A DNA stretch of 62,615 bases, the filler included, from Choristocarpus tenellus KU-1152 (taxonomy: Eukaryota; Protista; Phaeophyceae): assembly GCA_964200185.2 (NCBI GenBank). It is 10 parts of 10 records of this genome, joined end to end, with 100 filler letters (N's around TTAATTAATTAA, not from the genome) between each part and the next. Parts side by side here need not be neighbours in the genome. Positions count along the whole stretch, not along the records: positions 7,148 to 14,098 come from CAXNAD020006987.1; positions 14,199 to 19,833 come from CAXNAD020010179.1; positions 19,934 to 23,324 come from CAXNAD020020352.1; positions 23,425 to 35,612 come from CAXNAD020001933.1; 6 more parts are not named here. One strand, 5' to 3'. Shown here piece after piece: positions 12,790 through 26,745 of the stretch. The notes under the pieces are model-generated. The model had not been told where the DNA came from, made no database searches, and saw only the letters and a program-made list of their open reading frames with translations. Position 1 is the first letter of the stretch. The number at the start of each line of letters is the position of its first letter. Position numbers and translations under genes: made by a program.

Positions 12790-14098
12790 CATCATGGATA
12801 CCCAGCATATTGTTGAGGTCAAAGCAGCCACAGCCCGTCACACAAAAGTGGCCTTGACCACCAACCGTGTGCGATAGTGCCTGTACCTCTGCGAAGGTGA
12901 CGTCCAGCAGAAGACCTTTGTACCTGTAGGGAGCTGTTCCGGCGTCCGCTAGTGCCCCTGCGTGGAACACCAGATCCATGCGGAGATTCCTGTCCTCTGT
13001 GAAAGAGCTACCGTCCTCTGTAGTGCAAGGGATGCCCATCTCCTTGCATAGTTGGTGCAGGCGTTTAACCATTGGAGTGTGCTATCGTACCTGTCCCCCT
13101 GCCCTGGGGCAGGTGCAGGCATGTCTGTTATCGATATTCTGCCTACTGCACCCTGCCACTGGGCACCTATTTTGTAGGGCCTCCTCTCTCCCTAGGGATC
13201 TGCTGACTGTGAGCTTGAATTCTAGAGGGGGGATCTGGCATGCTGGTTCCAGAGGTTGAGTTGAGGCTCACGCATTTGCCCCTTGTCCACACTGGCTCCA
13301 GTGGCGCGCTAGGGCTAATAAGGAGCTTTCTCTCCCTCTGTGTGCCTCATTTGGAAGGCCGACCAGTTGTGTCCTGGAGGAGTTAGAACGAATCCTGTTG
13401 AGGAGGCTTGTGATCTCGTGTTGAGCCCTCCTTGTGATCCTAGCGTCATGGGCAGCTAGGATATGCACCTCTGGGGCAGGTGCAGGTGGTGTTGTTCCCC
13501 CCGAGGTTACCCAGTCTTGGCCAATAATTTCCGCAAAGTCTTCTGAGGGGACACCTGTAGAAAGGAGGGTATGAATGGACAATCCTAAGGCCTGTATCGT
13601 AGGGCTCGTACAGATAGCTTGTGAGAAGGACTCACCATGAGGCCCTTGCTGCCTTGCTAGGAGGGTGGGAAAAGTAGCCACCAGTGATCCTACGAAAGCC
13701 GCATGTTGGCGGTGTTTCATAGAGGAGAGGCCCAAATGCCCCGCACTTGTAGGCATCTGTGCCTGTACTTTTTGGGGGGTTTCTAGGCGGAGAGACCCAT
13801 TGTTGCACCCTCCCTCGAAGAAATCCGTAGCCTTTGTCGAGTCGACTATCTCCATTATCCTCTCTAGTGTGCATAGGGGGGTGTTGTCTGCTTGCTCCAT
13901 GGTGGAGCGTGCCAGGAGGGGGGAGTGACCCTCCCAAGAAAGCCTAGCCGGGAGGAGAGGGACCAGGAGTTGAGGAGCCAGGCCACCTGCTTGTCCTCCA
14001 TCTCGCTGAGGTGTGTGGCTAAAAATCGTGTCCCAGAGCTCTATCACCTCTGCCATGTGAGCTCGAATGAAATCATCTGTTCCTACTGGAGCCCCTAG
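12790..14098 (-). mobile_element. Decayed non-LTR retrotransposon with restriction-like endonuclease (CRE/NeSL-like), 3' half
   Basis: ORFs 13268-14056 (QAQMPTSAGHLGLSS) and 12782-13072 (LRMDLVF...LLLDVT, PD-(D/E)xK-like), preceded by a Cys/His knuckle remnant (HACTC). Confidence 0.65.
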
Positions 14099-16949
14099 NN
14101 NNNNNNNNNNNNNNNNNNNNNNNNNNNNNNNNNNNNNNNNNNTTAATTAATTAANNNNNNNNNNNNNNNNNNNNNNNNNNNNNNNNNNNNNNNNNNNNCC
14201 CTTCTAAGTGCAAATACAGGCGAAAAAAAAACCTCAGGGTACTTTTTTAAGACCGTTTTCATAGTCCTGCACCATCCTCAATTTTGAGAAATCCCTGTTA
14301 TATATGTGTGTGTGTGCAATGTTTGGGGGGTGCCAAAAACGGAAAACACACACATCTTTCTGGTAACTGTAATTTGATTAGTAGTAGTAGATAGAGTTGT
14401 TGCTGACCAGAGTAAATCATGTGACTAAACCGTCAATAATGGGTGACAAGTTATTCTTCCAAATTTCTGGAGGTGTTTCTTATTTCGCCAAATCAGTTGC
14501 TACTCTCTGGGATATATATATATATATATATATTGGATGGATGGTTACACATGGTCTATAATTTTCCCATTTTCTGTGGTGGTCCTTGTTGTCCACTCTC
14601 AAGTAGTGTGTAATGTTTTAAAGTACTTCGACCTAACTTTTTGACCATGAATCTGAGGTCTGTTGGGGTAAAATAATTAATATTACGTGTTAGTACAAAA
14701 ACAAAGCGCATGTCACTACAGGTCTGGTTTGGGGAGGTGTTGGTTTTGCTTCGTTCTTTCACTGTAGCGCACGTAATGGAGTGCTATTTGGCTCGAAACG
14801 AAGTTAGGATGGAGTGATAGAGGGCAATGCAAGGGGATTGTGGTGCGAGCTTTGTTTCATAAGGTATGTTACATGGATTTCTGGGAGCTGGGACAATTGG
14901 GTGGGTCACCAAACCTTGATTGCCTATTTTGCCAAGCCATTGCGGTGAGGATTTCGAAAGCATAGAGACCGCTCAAATAACCTATATATGCCTTCATGAG
15001 TTGTTCAAGGCAATTTGAGAGCGTTTCCGTGGTGAAATAGTTGAGAACCGTGTACGACAGGGTTGTTATTGGTCTTACCCAGATTTGATTAGAAGATCAT
15101 TGTGATTTGCACCTTTCTCGGGCTGCGGTGCAGGAAATGGAGAGATCTTTGGCTCCGAACCAAGCGAACAAGGAGAGCAAACATTGTGTGCAAGGGGACT
15201 ATGATGTGATGAAGGGAGCTGTAGAGAGCAGTTAAGGAGCAAGTTTCGTTGGGATGAGTTTGGGCTGATTTTTGGTCGATGTGCGATGACTTCTTATATA
15301 CTGTAAGTGCAGCTTTGGAAGCTGGTGCGATATGTAGCTGAGGATTGTAGGAAATGTGAAAGCCATTGTGGGCATTTTTTCGACCTCTCCACGTTGAGAA
15401 AGGTGTTCGACGGCAAACGATTATGTTAAGAGTGCGTGGGAGGTGGAGTGTCACCTAGGAGATAGAATATCGTTTGAGGTATTTTGCTTCCCGTTGCAAA
15501 AAAGAGTGTGCAGCTCTTCTCCTTAGGTCAATAGGCTTCTATCAAGCATATAAAATCGCCTTAGGGTTGTCGGTTCATTGACAGGTTGGGTTGGATAGAG
15601 ACTATTGTGGCTTGCCCACATTTGCGCCACTGGTGGCAATTTTGACAATATTTCAGAAATAGAAGAATTGAGAATCGGACCCCATCAACGCCAGAGGGCC
15701 ATATTTTTTCTACCATCTCGACCCCTTGAATAAGGTCAACCTCTTGCCTCCTGAATACCTTCCTCCCTGAATAGGGAGGAGTAAACAGATAACTGAAGAT
15801 ATGGTGCTCGGCTCAGCACGATTTAAGTTTTCACTGATAACGATAATTCGTATGTAGGTCAGATTTCGACACAACACCTTGAGTTCAAGACATCCTCCCC
15901 ACTGCACAAAGACACAAGGATTCATACCACCCCCCCTCCTCTCCCCTGTCCCTCTCTCTGTTGTAGACGTGCAACCCCTGAAGGGTCCAGTCCCTCGCAG
16001 GGAGTCCATTTATGTACTATATAGAGTCATCTGTTCCTTTGGTCCATTGTCGCAGATCCCACAAATTTGACCACAGTTTGTTCTTAACCACATGAAGAGT
16101 CTTTCCCTACTCTGTTTAATGTTGTCATTGATATGGTTGAGTCTTTTTTTCCCAAGGGTGGCTAAGAGTGCCTTTCAGTCCCTTTGATGCACTCTCTCTT
16201 TTCTTGACATCTTCTGCCGACCTTGTTATGGGGTTCAACTTGACCTTTACTGGTCTGCAACTTTGCCAGTTGCACTTCAGTGGGTCTCCTCGTTCCCCAA
16301 ACTTTAGATGTATAACCTAGCTTTGTCATTCAGAGACGACGGGCAGTCTAGATCCATGCTGCTATGAGACATTCCTCTCACAAGAAGTTTGTTGTCACCA
16401 AACGACAAAGGCAGTTTACATATCTTTCTTCTGGGGGGCGAGAAGATCTGCCAAAAGTGCAGCTAGCACAAGTCACAAACCGTGAAAGGATGAGCTGAAC
16501 CCCTTATCACGGCCAGCAAAAGAAGTTGAGAAAAGAGAGAGTATGGCAAAGGGGCGGAAAGGCACTCTTTGCCACACCTGGGAAAAGCAGACGCAAGCAC
16601 ATCAACAAAAACATTGAACAGAGAGTGGAATGGAATGCTGCTGATTGTTTCGGGACTATTCAACTTTCGAAACTCTTCTAGGAGTGATGTTGAAGTTAAA
16701 ACAGGTACAGTAATGGGTAATATTTCCCCGGTTGATGTTACATTACCTAATGTTGCTCATGTTAGTGCTGTATCTGACACACCACCTCTTACTCTGACTG
16801 ATTGAGGCAATGCTGCACCTGAGCCATCGTTTGCTGAGACGTCTTCTAGTCCAAATTATTGTTACGTTTTTTGCTGAATCCGTCTGAATTGGGTACCTGC
16901 ACAGTGGCTGAAGCAGAGTTTCCACTGTAGGCTGGATGGAACTTGATCT

Positions 16950-18660
16950 GTTGTTTGAGCTCCTAATACTGATCTAACCCCCATATTAGGGGTGTTATGG
17001 ATGAGTGTGTTGTCAATTTGGGAACTATGATATTAATGAACAACTACCAAGCTCTTGGGGCTCACCTGTTTTTCACTGTGACCAAGAAAGTCGGCACTCC
17101 AAATTTCCGTGTGGATTACAGGGCCACTATTAACAAGAATCTTATACGCAAGACTTGGCCTATGCCATGTGCTGAGACACACTTGGGGCTGCAAAGTTCA
17201 TGACTGTAGCTGAAGTTCAATCTTCCATGACCGCCAGCTTCCAGTAGCTCCAGGTGGGATGAGAAGACATCATGTCTCACTCATAGGGGGAAATTGGTTC
17301 TCCAATGAATAGGCGCCTTGAATGAATCAACGAATGCTTTGGCGTCGCAAATGCCCCTTTATTGTTTCAGTGCATGATGTTTCTCTCCTTGTCTGATTTT
17401 GGCACCAATTCAGGACTTCTCTGTTATATGGGTGATCTCATAGCATGTTCTGCTTCCTGGGAATGCCATTTGCAACTTTGAGCATATGATTTCTGCACTT
17501 AAAAGCAGAAGCTTGAAAGAATTCAAAGTTGAATTTGGTTCAGGAAGTATTTAGTATGCAGACAATATAATTTTGGTGCAGGTATTTGGTGCAGGTATTC
17601 GAATTGGTGAAGCATGAATTGATGCTATTAGGGCACTTTCTCACCCTCACATTTTTTCAGAAGTTCATTCTATACTGGTCATAGTTCACTTTTTTGTAAT
17701 TACATATTGAACCTTTCCCATGTAATCGGGCCACTTTCAGAGTTTATTCATCAAGAGAGTTTATCAAGGAAGCATCTTCCAATATTCAGAAATCTTGGGA
17801 GGAAGATCAAGGTGCTGCTTTTGAGCAAAGTTAAGAGTTTACTTACCACAGCTCCTATTCTACACTTCCCTGGTTTTATCAGAGAGGATGTAGTATGTGG
17901 GTACAAGCGGTTTTGGGGTTGGTGCTATTCTTGCTCGGGAGTTTGTTGGCCTCGAGAATTCAAGTGCACAAATTGTAGCATATTTCAGTAAGATAATTGA
18001 GCATAATGCTTAGCAGTATTCTTCAGGTGCTTTTGAAAATGTTCAGCTGTTGTTTGCCCATTACTCAGTGGAGATCCTATCTTAGGGAAAACACTTCACG
18101 GTGATTACTGATCATGCAGCTCTTGCTACTTGTATTCGATGCAAGATACATCGAACGTGCTTTTTAAATTGGGATCTTTTCACAAGTGCATGTAGTGGAA
18201 TCTTTCTCCTCTCTTGATCACATTGAAATTCTTGATGCACAAGAAGCCCAATTTGTTTTTATTCGATATTTCAAATAACCTCTTTTTTGTGGGTTTTTTT
18301 CCACAAGACAGAATACGTCATAGCAAGCATGTCTCACATTTACATCGATCCAGGGACTAACTTGTTGTTCCGATCATATTTCAGTCATATTCGTAGTTTC
18401 TGTTGCCAATCCGTGGTAACAAGCCCCTCACAGCACTTTGTACTTCATGTATATATGTCATGATCCCTCATCAGTGGACATTTGGGAAATACCATACGCA
18501 TGACAAAGTATGAGATCGTTGTTGGTCTTCTAGTTCTATCAAAGACGTTCATGATTGGTATGAATGTTGCCACCTTTGTATGAAACGAAAAACTGTTCGT
18601 GTGTGACCCAAAATTCAAACCACTACTTTGTTGCGGACACAAATTTTTCTTCAAAAGAAA
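16950..18660 (+). mobile_element. Decayed Ty3/Gypsy pol (RT-RNaseH-integrase)
   Basis: Motifs KKVGTPNFRVDYRATINK..TWPMP, YMGDL (YxDD relic), VKSLLTTAPILHFP, FTVITDHAAL and SGHLG, with many stops and frameshifts. Confidence 0.8.
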
Positions 18661-19621
18661 ATTTGACTTTTATGAGTTCCATCAACAAGTCCTGAACAAA
18701 CAAGTATATCTAATTGCTTGGACTAAAACACAAAGAGGGATATGTGGAAAGATCTTGATCTTGTTGAGGCGAAGATTCATTGTGAAAAGAGGGAGTAAAC
18801 TGGATGGATGAGTCCAATTAGTTGTGTATTGGTTAGACTTTTTCTAGGCAGATCTACAAAAATTTCGGATGGGACAATAAAACAATAAAAAAATAGTTTC
18901 CCCAAAATTAAATACATTTTTTTTTTCTTCAAATAGCGATAAGAAAATCCACTACGAAAATTAGATTGTGCAAAATAAAATTCACTATCAAAAAGAAAAT
19001 ATACAAAAAACAAGAAATGCCACCAAAGGTGACGGGCAAATTCAAACCATCTTCAGCACCGTTAGTGGGCTCCCAGTGAAGAAAAAGAGCAGTCTGCCTT
19101 AGCACGTGTTAGCTTCCGTCTACTTCGACCCTTCCCTAGACATTCCCCAGTAGATTGAGTGATGGAGGTAGGTCTTTGTCCGAATAGTGTTGACTTCTAT
19201 CGCTCGCCCTGTCTGTATCTAAAGCAAATGGGGATCGAAGCACAGGCTGGGGAACGGATGTTGTTGAACTATCCCACACTGGACCCGCTGCTTTTATGGT
19301 GCTTTAATGAAGGGCAAAGAAAAGCTTGGTGTAGATGAACAATGTTAATATTACAAGGGGCTAGTGGTCTCTACTCCGATGACTGAGAAGGTGGGTAAGA
19401 CCAGTGCAGCCTACCATATAGGATTTGCAACGTCCACGTGGATAATCAGAAAATAAGCAAATCTACTTATCATACGTGCCATACATCATACATCAACCGA
19501 TGATCAAATATCAGGTCCGTACCATACATGAACTACCATACATANNNNNNNNNNATCTGTCTGCATTTCCTAATCTACTCCACCGATGGTGTCTATAGTG
19601 TACCAGCAGCACTATCTACGA

Positions 19622-19808
19622 ACAATAACACCTCCCTATGGACACTAGAGAGGATAGTGGAGATAGTCGACTTGACAGAGGCGACGGATTTCTTCGAAGG
19701 AGGATGCAACAATGGGTCTCTCCGCCTAGAGACCCACCAACAAGTACAGGCACAGATGCCTACAAGTGAGGAGTTCTCTTCTCTACGAAACACCGCCAAC
19801 ATGCGGCT
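19622..19808 (+). mobile_element. Short second copy of the RLE-type non-LTR element
   Basis: TLERIVEIVDLTEATDFFEGGCNNGSLRLETHQQVQAQMPTS is nearly identical to part of ORF 13268-14056. Confidence 0.8.
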
Positions 19809-20240
19809 TGGGTCAAAGTATCTGGGGGGGGAGNNNNNNNNNNNNNNNNNNNNNNNNNNNNNNNNNNNNNNNNNNNNTTAATTAATTAANNNNNNNNNNN
19901 NNNNNNNNNNNNNNNNNNNNNNNNNNNNNNNNNCCCGAGATTCAGACCGTGGTAGATCTTGCCCTCCTAGAATGGAGTGTACCGCCCCTGTGGCGTGGTG
20001 TGCATGCACTGTCTGTTCTGTGTTTTCCGCCTTGCCCTTGTGATTGATCCCGACCCTGGCTCTCACGGGAAGGGGTGGTTGTGTTACCTTGTGTTACCTT
20101 GTGTGAGCGACCTTGAGAACGCCTTCGAGCGGCGAGGTCCTGTCAAGTCAGGAGGGTCTCTGCTTGGTTTGTGAGGACTTTGCTCAGGGGATGCTGTAGG
20201 TCTTTTGAGAGCATCCTCTGAGGATCGCGAGGTGGGATGA

Positions 20241-20272
<32 letters not shown>

Positions 20273-20609
20273 CTAGGGCAAAAGGCTTGTAGATGGTAGG
20301 GTAGGGCACGGTTTCAATATCTTCCCAATGGTCGACACTGTGTAGATGTGAATATTCCTCCATGGAGTTGCTATTCTTGAGCTGGGTTGTTCTGGAATGC
20401 CCAGCTGTCCAGGGGAATGGATCCCCGCATTGCCAGCACCGGAATAGAAAATCTTTCCCCCTGGAAAATTTGTCGGTGAAACAGAGATGTATTGAGTTCC
20501 ATCCCTTGCGTTAGCCGCAGTATTCTGACTTGCGCACATACTGCTGTAATGCCTGCTGACGCCTTGGAATGCGTTTCTCGATGTTGGGTAATTGTTGGTT
20601 GTGTGTGAT

Positions 20610-20780
20610 TATTTTTATTATTATTACTATTGTTGTCATTATCAGAATTACTATTGTTAATGTTATTATTATTATTATTTTTGTCATTATCAGAATTACT
20701 ATTGTTGATGTTATTACTATTATTATTTTTGTCATTATCAGAATTACTATTGTTAATGTTGTTATTATTATTATTATTGT
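20610..20780. repeat. ~57-bp tandem repeat x3 built on (TTA)n
   Basis: gtcattatcagaattactattgtt recurs three times; this explains the Asn-, Ile- and Leu-rich ORFs. Confidence 0.85.
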
Positions 20781-21925
20781 TCTTATCGAGGGTTTCATCG
20801 ATTTGTTCCCTCGATAAGCAACGGGCGGGATGAAGCATAAGTGTCTATTGTGGAACGAAAGATTCAAATGGTCCACACTCTCGGAATTGTTCAAAGGGAG
20901 GCTTGTTTTCACCCATCAGTGCACCGCCAAAGAGAGACTCTGGAACATTGTCTCGCCCTCAAGGCACACACACACATGCTTTTCATTCTCGTTTTGAAGA
21001 GCATTGTTGTGTGCTCAGATTGTCCTGACTCATTCTCTCTCTCTCTCTCTCTGCTGACATTGGTCTCCACCAGGTAGTGTAGTCAGGTAGTGTAGTCGCT
21101 CTTGGAGAGACCTCAAGTTGAACAAAAAAACTGATTTTAAATTTCTGACTCGACAGTAGTATGGTTGACGAGTTGGTAAAGCTTGCCTTCCTGAATATCA
21201 TCCACATCCTAAGGCCCCCTTTCACTTCAGTTACAGGTGCCACTAACCCCTGTCAGTATAAGGCCGGCCCCCCTCCCTCTTTCTCACGACTTGCATGTCC
21301 CAACACTTTCATGCTCCTCCCCAAGTTCGATACACTTGAGACGCTTCGCCCTTGAAGGGTGCATTATCTGACCGTTGGGTGAATCTCAGCACCACAAGTG
21401 TATCCCTCTCTACATATATATATCAATCTACATATATATTATCTGTGCCATAGCTCTACTGCGCTGTACCTATCGAACAACGTTTAGGGACCAGAGATAG
21501 CTAGCTATTTATCATGTATGAGTGGAGAAGGGGGGGGGGGGTAGGGGGGAGGTCGTATTGCGCATTGATGCCTGTCCACTTCTTTCGTTATCCCTGTGTG
21601 CTTTCAGTTCTGCCCTAATAGGTATATTCCGATAGCTGAAAAGTAACTAGCTCAAGCCTTCGTCTGAGTCGCCGTTCCCAGAAAGAAACACACGCACACA
21701 ACCTGTGGCACTCTGGTGGGAGAGTATCGTGACTCTACCCACATCTCACAGCTTGCAAACTTGGTACACATTTGTGGCTTTGGATCTCTGCCTGAGGCTG
21801 GTGGAAGTTTTTGATCTGAAGAATGTCATGATCCATCAACTCCTATCACACAGGATTTCAACAAAGCTCTTAACGCCATAGCCTTCAAGAAATATATTGC
21901 ATGTCATAGGCAGACTTGTATTGAC

Positions 21926-21956
<31 letters not shown>

Positions 21957-22414
21957 TGATAGGGGAGTTACATGCAGGGATGACAGATCATACACACATA
22001 CATACATAAGAGCTTTGGAATTGGCTTTAACGGACTTCTTCTGCTTGAAAGCATTGATGCGCGCACGTGTCTTGTTTGATTGGTTGGTGAATCAACCAAT
22101 CAGAGTATTCTCGCTCCCTTTGAAAGTGTGAGGAGCCTAATTTTTCCACCCAAGGACTACTACTATTGTCACCTGTCCCAACCAGTGGATATTATTATTA
22201 TTATTTTGTAAAGAAATAAACACCGATTCCCCAGATATCCATCTGGTCGGGTTATATGAGTGAATTTACGCTGCAATGTCAAGCCTTTTGAAGTATATTT
22301 GTATTTGTTCATGACCTTTCAACTTGGTTGCTTGACCTCGTGACAGGTGCTCAAGCGATTCACATCCCCAACATCTGTGTTGAAACCGTTGGAGATAGAC
22401 TACCTTGGGCGTTA

Positions 22415-22905
22415 CCTGAAGGGACCGACCAATGAGATCCTGCTGTGTTGGGATGACATCGTCTTCCCAAAGTGCGTGAGAAGCCTCGCTTGGCGGTGTG
22501 TCACCCTTCTCGTGTAGCCTGCTGCTGCTGGTGTTCGTTAATGTTTTATTTGGGGGGGCATATCTAGATCTGTGTATCATTGTTTTGAGTGTTCTTGGCA
22601 TTGATTGCACTTGTGAATTTTGATTCTCTCCCAACTGAAAAATGAAATTTCCCAAACTGACAGTTATGCAATTGGTTGTTGCTTTTTTGAAGTAGTAGTA
22701 CATAGCGCAGCTAGTCAGATCGTTGGTCTTGGTGAAATCCACCGCTTTCTTCTACTTACGGCTGACTTCGTGGTGGGCACGTGTATGTATGTATGTATGT
22801 ATGTTTGTATGTATGTTTGTATGTATGTATATATGTATATATGTATGTATGTATATATGTATGTTTGTATGTATGTTTGTATGTATATATGTATATATAT
22901 GTATG

Positions 22906-22936
<31 letters not shown>

Positions 22937-23183
22937 TGGCTCCTACTATATTCATCGTCGCAGGGTGTCTGTCCTATCTCTTCCCCTACCTTACTTGCGT
23001 GTCCACCGCCGCTTTCTAGTCTGTGGATTAATGTTTCCTGCCGTCGACTGACAGTACGTATGATTTTATCAGATGACACCCTGAAGTTTGTAGTGTCGAT
23101 GCTTCTGATGTCCATAGTTCTGTCCGAAAATCTGACTTGCCATTCGACGATAATTCCCTTCCTCTCTTGCCAACCCGCCCAAA
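22415..23183 (-). CDS. Possible exons of an unidentified gene
   Basis: Exon-like blocks ~23183-22995 ([21 protein letters not shown]...GGGHA, followed by gtaag) and ~22520-22415 (LHEKGDTPP...GRSLQ, followed by gtaac). No recognisable domain. Confidence 0.3.
22782..22936. repeat. (GTAT)n / (ATAT) compound microsatellite
   Basis: Read directly. Confidence 0.95.
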
Positions 23184-23429
23184 CTGGCAACAAGCAAATA
23201 CTATGCCCCCTCCCCTCCCCTCCCTTAACTATTGTGTTAACCAGTCACAGCCCATGTCCACGTTGATTTTGTCGCTAGTCCTCTGCTTACCATCGTTTTT
23301 ATCATGACGAGTACTGCCCCCACGNNNNNNNNNNNNNNNNNNNNNNNNNNNNNNNNNNNNNNNNNNNNTTAATTAATTAANNNNNNNNNNNNNNNNNNNN
23401 NNNNNNNNNNNNNNNNNNNNNNNNCCATC

Positions 23430-24250
23430 CTCCATAGTATGCTCCATCCTCAATTTGGCTGAGAGGCTGTTCTCAGCGTCTGTTGGTTCTCTCAACAACG
23501 AGTCAAGTGAAAATTTTGGGATGGCCATGTTTCTCTTCTTCTCCATGCCCCGACATGAAGGCTGTTCGACTTAAGTCTAACTGAGGTAATGCTGCTACGT
23601 TAAGCTCACTGAATGTCACAATTCTGGATGATAATACGGTGCCAGTCTTTGGCCTCCATGTTCGGTAAGAGATAGACCCATCATATCCAACTAGCCTTCC
23701 TGTCCACGTCAGGTTTTCAAGTTTAGATATATAAACTTCGGCGTGAACAAACGCTTCCGTGCCAAAGTGACGCAGATTGTGGAGGTATGCAGCAACGCCA
23801 TTCCAAACGTAATAAGGTGTCTGACCATTCAGGACTGTGGAAGGAGATCTATTCTTCAGGTTTACAGCTTTACTCGAAGCTTCTGACCACAATATCTTCG
23901 GCAACGTCTTATCTGCCCAAAACACCTTATTACTACGTCGAATAAAACACGTCAATCTCTTTCCGCAACTCCATTCTGGTGGGAAGAATACGGAGAGGTG
24001 AATTCTTGCTCGATTTCTTGGCTTAAGCACACTTCTCAGAACGTAGATCTAGTGAATTCCCCTCCATTATCACTGCGTGGTCGTCCAATATTCAATCTGA
24101 ATGAGTTTGCGACAGCTGCGATAAAGTCCTTGTCAGCCCTCAGCGAATGGCACTGTAGTACAAAGGAAAGTTCTAAAATGCGTAAGTTATCATACTGGGT
24201 AACAAAAATAGCAGCAGTGAACAGCCTTACCTTACTACAGTTGGATGTCC
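23430..24250 (-). mobile_element. Decayed Ty1/Copia integrase fragment
   Basis: LPKILWSEA..AVNLKNRSPS..LNGQTPY..WNG...LHNLRHFG.EAFVH...KLE...GRLVGY...SRIVTF.E. Confidence 0.85.
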
Positions 24251-24344
24251 ATTATGCCTTTTAAGACCTTCACAATCCTAACACAAGACCACACCCAACT
24301 AATGTTCCCACCCAAGAAAGACTCTTACCCCGAACGGACGTGTT

Positions 24345-24907
24345 TGTTGGAAATATCTCGTAGATAGTCTGGACTCTTGGCGCTTTCGAGTCCTGAAGAG
24401 GAATCAAGAGTTGTTGGTTGGTGTTCTCAGTCTCTCTGTTATTAAGCTTGTAGTGGTTCTTATATAGGTTAGGATGGGATAAAGGTGTGAAGACAACTGA
24501 GAAAAGAGAAGGGAGCACCAAAACTGAAAGGGGGGCCTTTGCTAATCCAAAGATCAGGTGTGCAGATGCATTCAATAATCCATAACACTTCAAGTCCAGT
24601 TCAAACGGTCATATCAAACAGTAATGTTATGCAACAATGTATGCAATACATTGTATAATTATTGTCGTACTTCAACGTCCAGTCGAACAGTCATACAAAA
24701 CAATACAGTAGCATACAACAATATTGCATACATTGTATAAATATTGTTGTACTTCAATCTAACTGCTGTAAGCGCTAAGTAGTATCGTGCTGGTTCTATT
24801 AGCCTGTATAATGATACAGAATTAGCTCCGTGACTTCTCTGCCTTTGCGTTGCGCTCTGGACCTTGTACATGGACTTTCTTGACCTCTTGCACCTTGATT
24901 TCTGACA
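24345..24907. mobile_element. Solo LTR, family B
   Basis: TGTTGGAAAT...ATTTCTGACA termini; near-perfect 5-bp TSD gtgtt/gcgtt; a homologous copy lies at ~27472-28028. Confidence 0.8.
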
Positions 24908-25144
24908 GCGTTACGTTTCTTCCCTATAGAAACCAGTGTCAAAAGGTCGTGGAAGGATGAGAGAGGAAGAGACAGGTGGTGCACAGGTCCAGTTTTCGAC
25001 TTGAAGTTCCCCTACTGGAGGGTACGGTTGAAAGATAGAGATTAGGAGGAATTCAACAGGAGAGAGATGAGTGGCTTCTCCAGAAGGCCTCCTAGCAGGT
25101 AACAACTGTATGCCAAAGGACAAGGTGAGGATTAGCTGGTGCAC

Positions 25145-25401
25145 GAGTCAAAGTATCTCAGAGGGTGCGAGTTTGCCCTGTTTGTCCGATTGGGCCTCGA
25201 CTTCCAATGGGTTTTTTATGACACTTTCCTAATCGAAAATGTATCGGAGTAGGTAAAATAGATATGTTATGAAATGGTGTGTCTGGAATAAGGATATGGA
25301 CAATTCCAAACAAACACGATAGCCAAAATTACATCAAAATCGCAACATTGGATTGTGGCCCCCAAATGGACGCGGCTCTACCCTCCAAGATACTTTGCCT
25401 C
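25145..25401 (-). mobile_element. MITE copy 3
   Basis: Reverse orientation; flanks gcac/gcat (4-bp TSD with one mismatch). Confidence 0.88.
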
Positions 25402-26108
25402 GCATGCCAGAACAAAGGGAATAAGGCATCGATAGTCATAGTCACTGAAAGGAACGTAGGATAGCAGAAGTTGTACCCAAGAAGCTGCCCACATCAAACC
25501 ATACATTAAGGTATATATATATGTGGCTTGCATAACCCGTAGTCTATTTTTTAAATATATGTAAAAATGAAGGAATTTTTCCTCTTTCTATTTTTGCGTC
25601 TGGTTTCGGTGATGTCGTCATTTCTATCTTTTTCTTTCCCTTTTGAAGAATATGTCACAGGTCTGTTCTTTGAAGAGTTTTTATGTTTCTTGGTCCTGAT
25701 CCCACCATCCTTTTCCTCATGTCTTTTCTTTCTTTGCTATTTTTTATATTTTATTTTTATTTATTCTTTCCACTTTTGTTGATCTCATTATCCACCGACG
25801 TTTTTCTTTTTCTTTTTTCTTTTTATTTATTTTTCCACTTTTGTTGCCCTCCTTATCCACCGATTTTTTTCTTTCCTGTTTCTTTGTACTCTTTATTATT
25901 TTTTTCTCCTTTTATCTTCATTGCCTGTTTTATGCACTAGCAGCAGCCTTGAGTATGCTCTGTGGTTGGGGGGCATAGGATGTGCAATGATGATCAGATG
26001 TCGAGTAATGTAAGTCTGTTCCTTGATAGCACATGATTTGTAACTGGGAAGATTGGAACGGACGTCATATCAATCGTAGGCCTAATCAGAACTATATAGT
26101 TTGTAATT

Positions 26109-26400
26109 TTTGAAGGTCCAGTTCAGAAGGAACAAGTGTGTACTTGGATTAGGCCAGGCGCAAGTTGACTGAGATTGTATCCTGTGACCTTGTGGACGGA
26201 CACTTTCAAAGGGAACACGGACAAAAATGAATCACGTTTGTGATTAGGGAGATCGGAACTGGGGACCCATTTATTCTAGGCCCTGTCAGAGATGCATGAT
26301 TTGCAACCTTTGAAGGTATGGCTCAGAAGGAACAAGTGTATACTCAGATTAGGCCAGATGCAAACCGACTCTGACCATATTCTGTGACTCCTGGGACAGA
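26109..26400. repeat. Diverged direct duplication (200-bp spacing)
   Basis: tttgaagg..tcagaaggaacaagtgt.tact..gattaggccag at ~26109 and ~26309. Confidence 0.7.
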
Positions 26401-26745
26401 TCATCCCAAGAAAAAGAAGGATATTTGTTGATCTATTTTGGGCCTAGTTGGAGTTACATATATTTTTTAATGAGAGCGTATATATACTCTGATTGGGTCA
26501 GACATTGATTCTGATCGTGTCCTACGACCTTTGAGGATCCATTCTCAAAAGAAAGTAGGATATATGCTGATCATTGTTGGAAACAAGCGGCAAATTTGGA
26601 ATCGGAGCCCCTCTGTCACTAAATGGCAACCAACACATGCCGCCGCAGCACGATCTGGGGTGATGGATGACATTCATTGTCTTGACCCGTGACAATCGCC
26701 TGTGGTAAGCGTGAAACACGTGTACCTAGTTCACACTGGGGGGCA

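Noticed and set aside
14560-15700. Possible integrase or recombinase relic
   Set aside because: Looks like decayed TE sequence, but no diagnostic motif could be read.
20371-20912. Asn-, Ile- and Leu-rich ORFs
   Set aside because: Products of a (TTA)n-based repeat.
22620-23266. MYVC/YIHT-repeat ORFs
   Set aside because: Microsatellite read-through.
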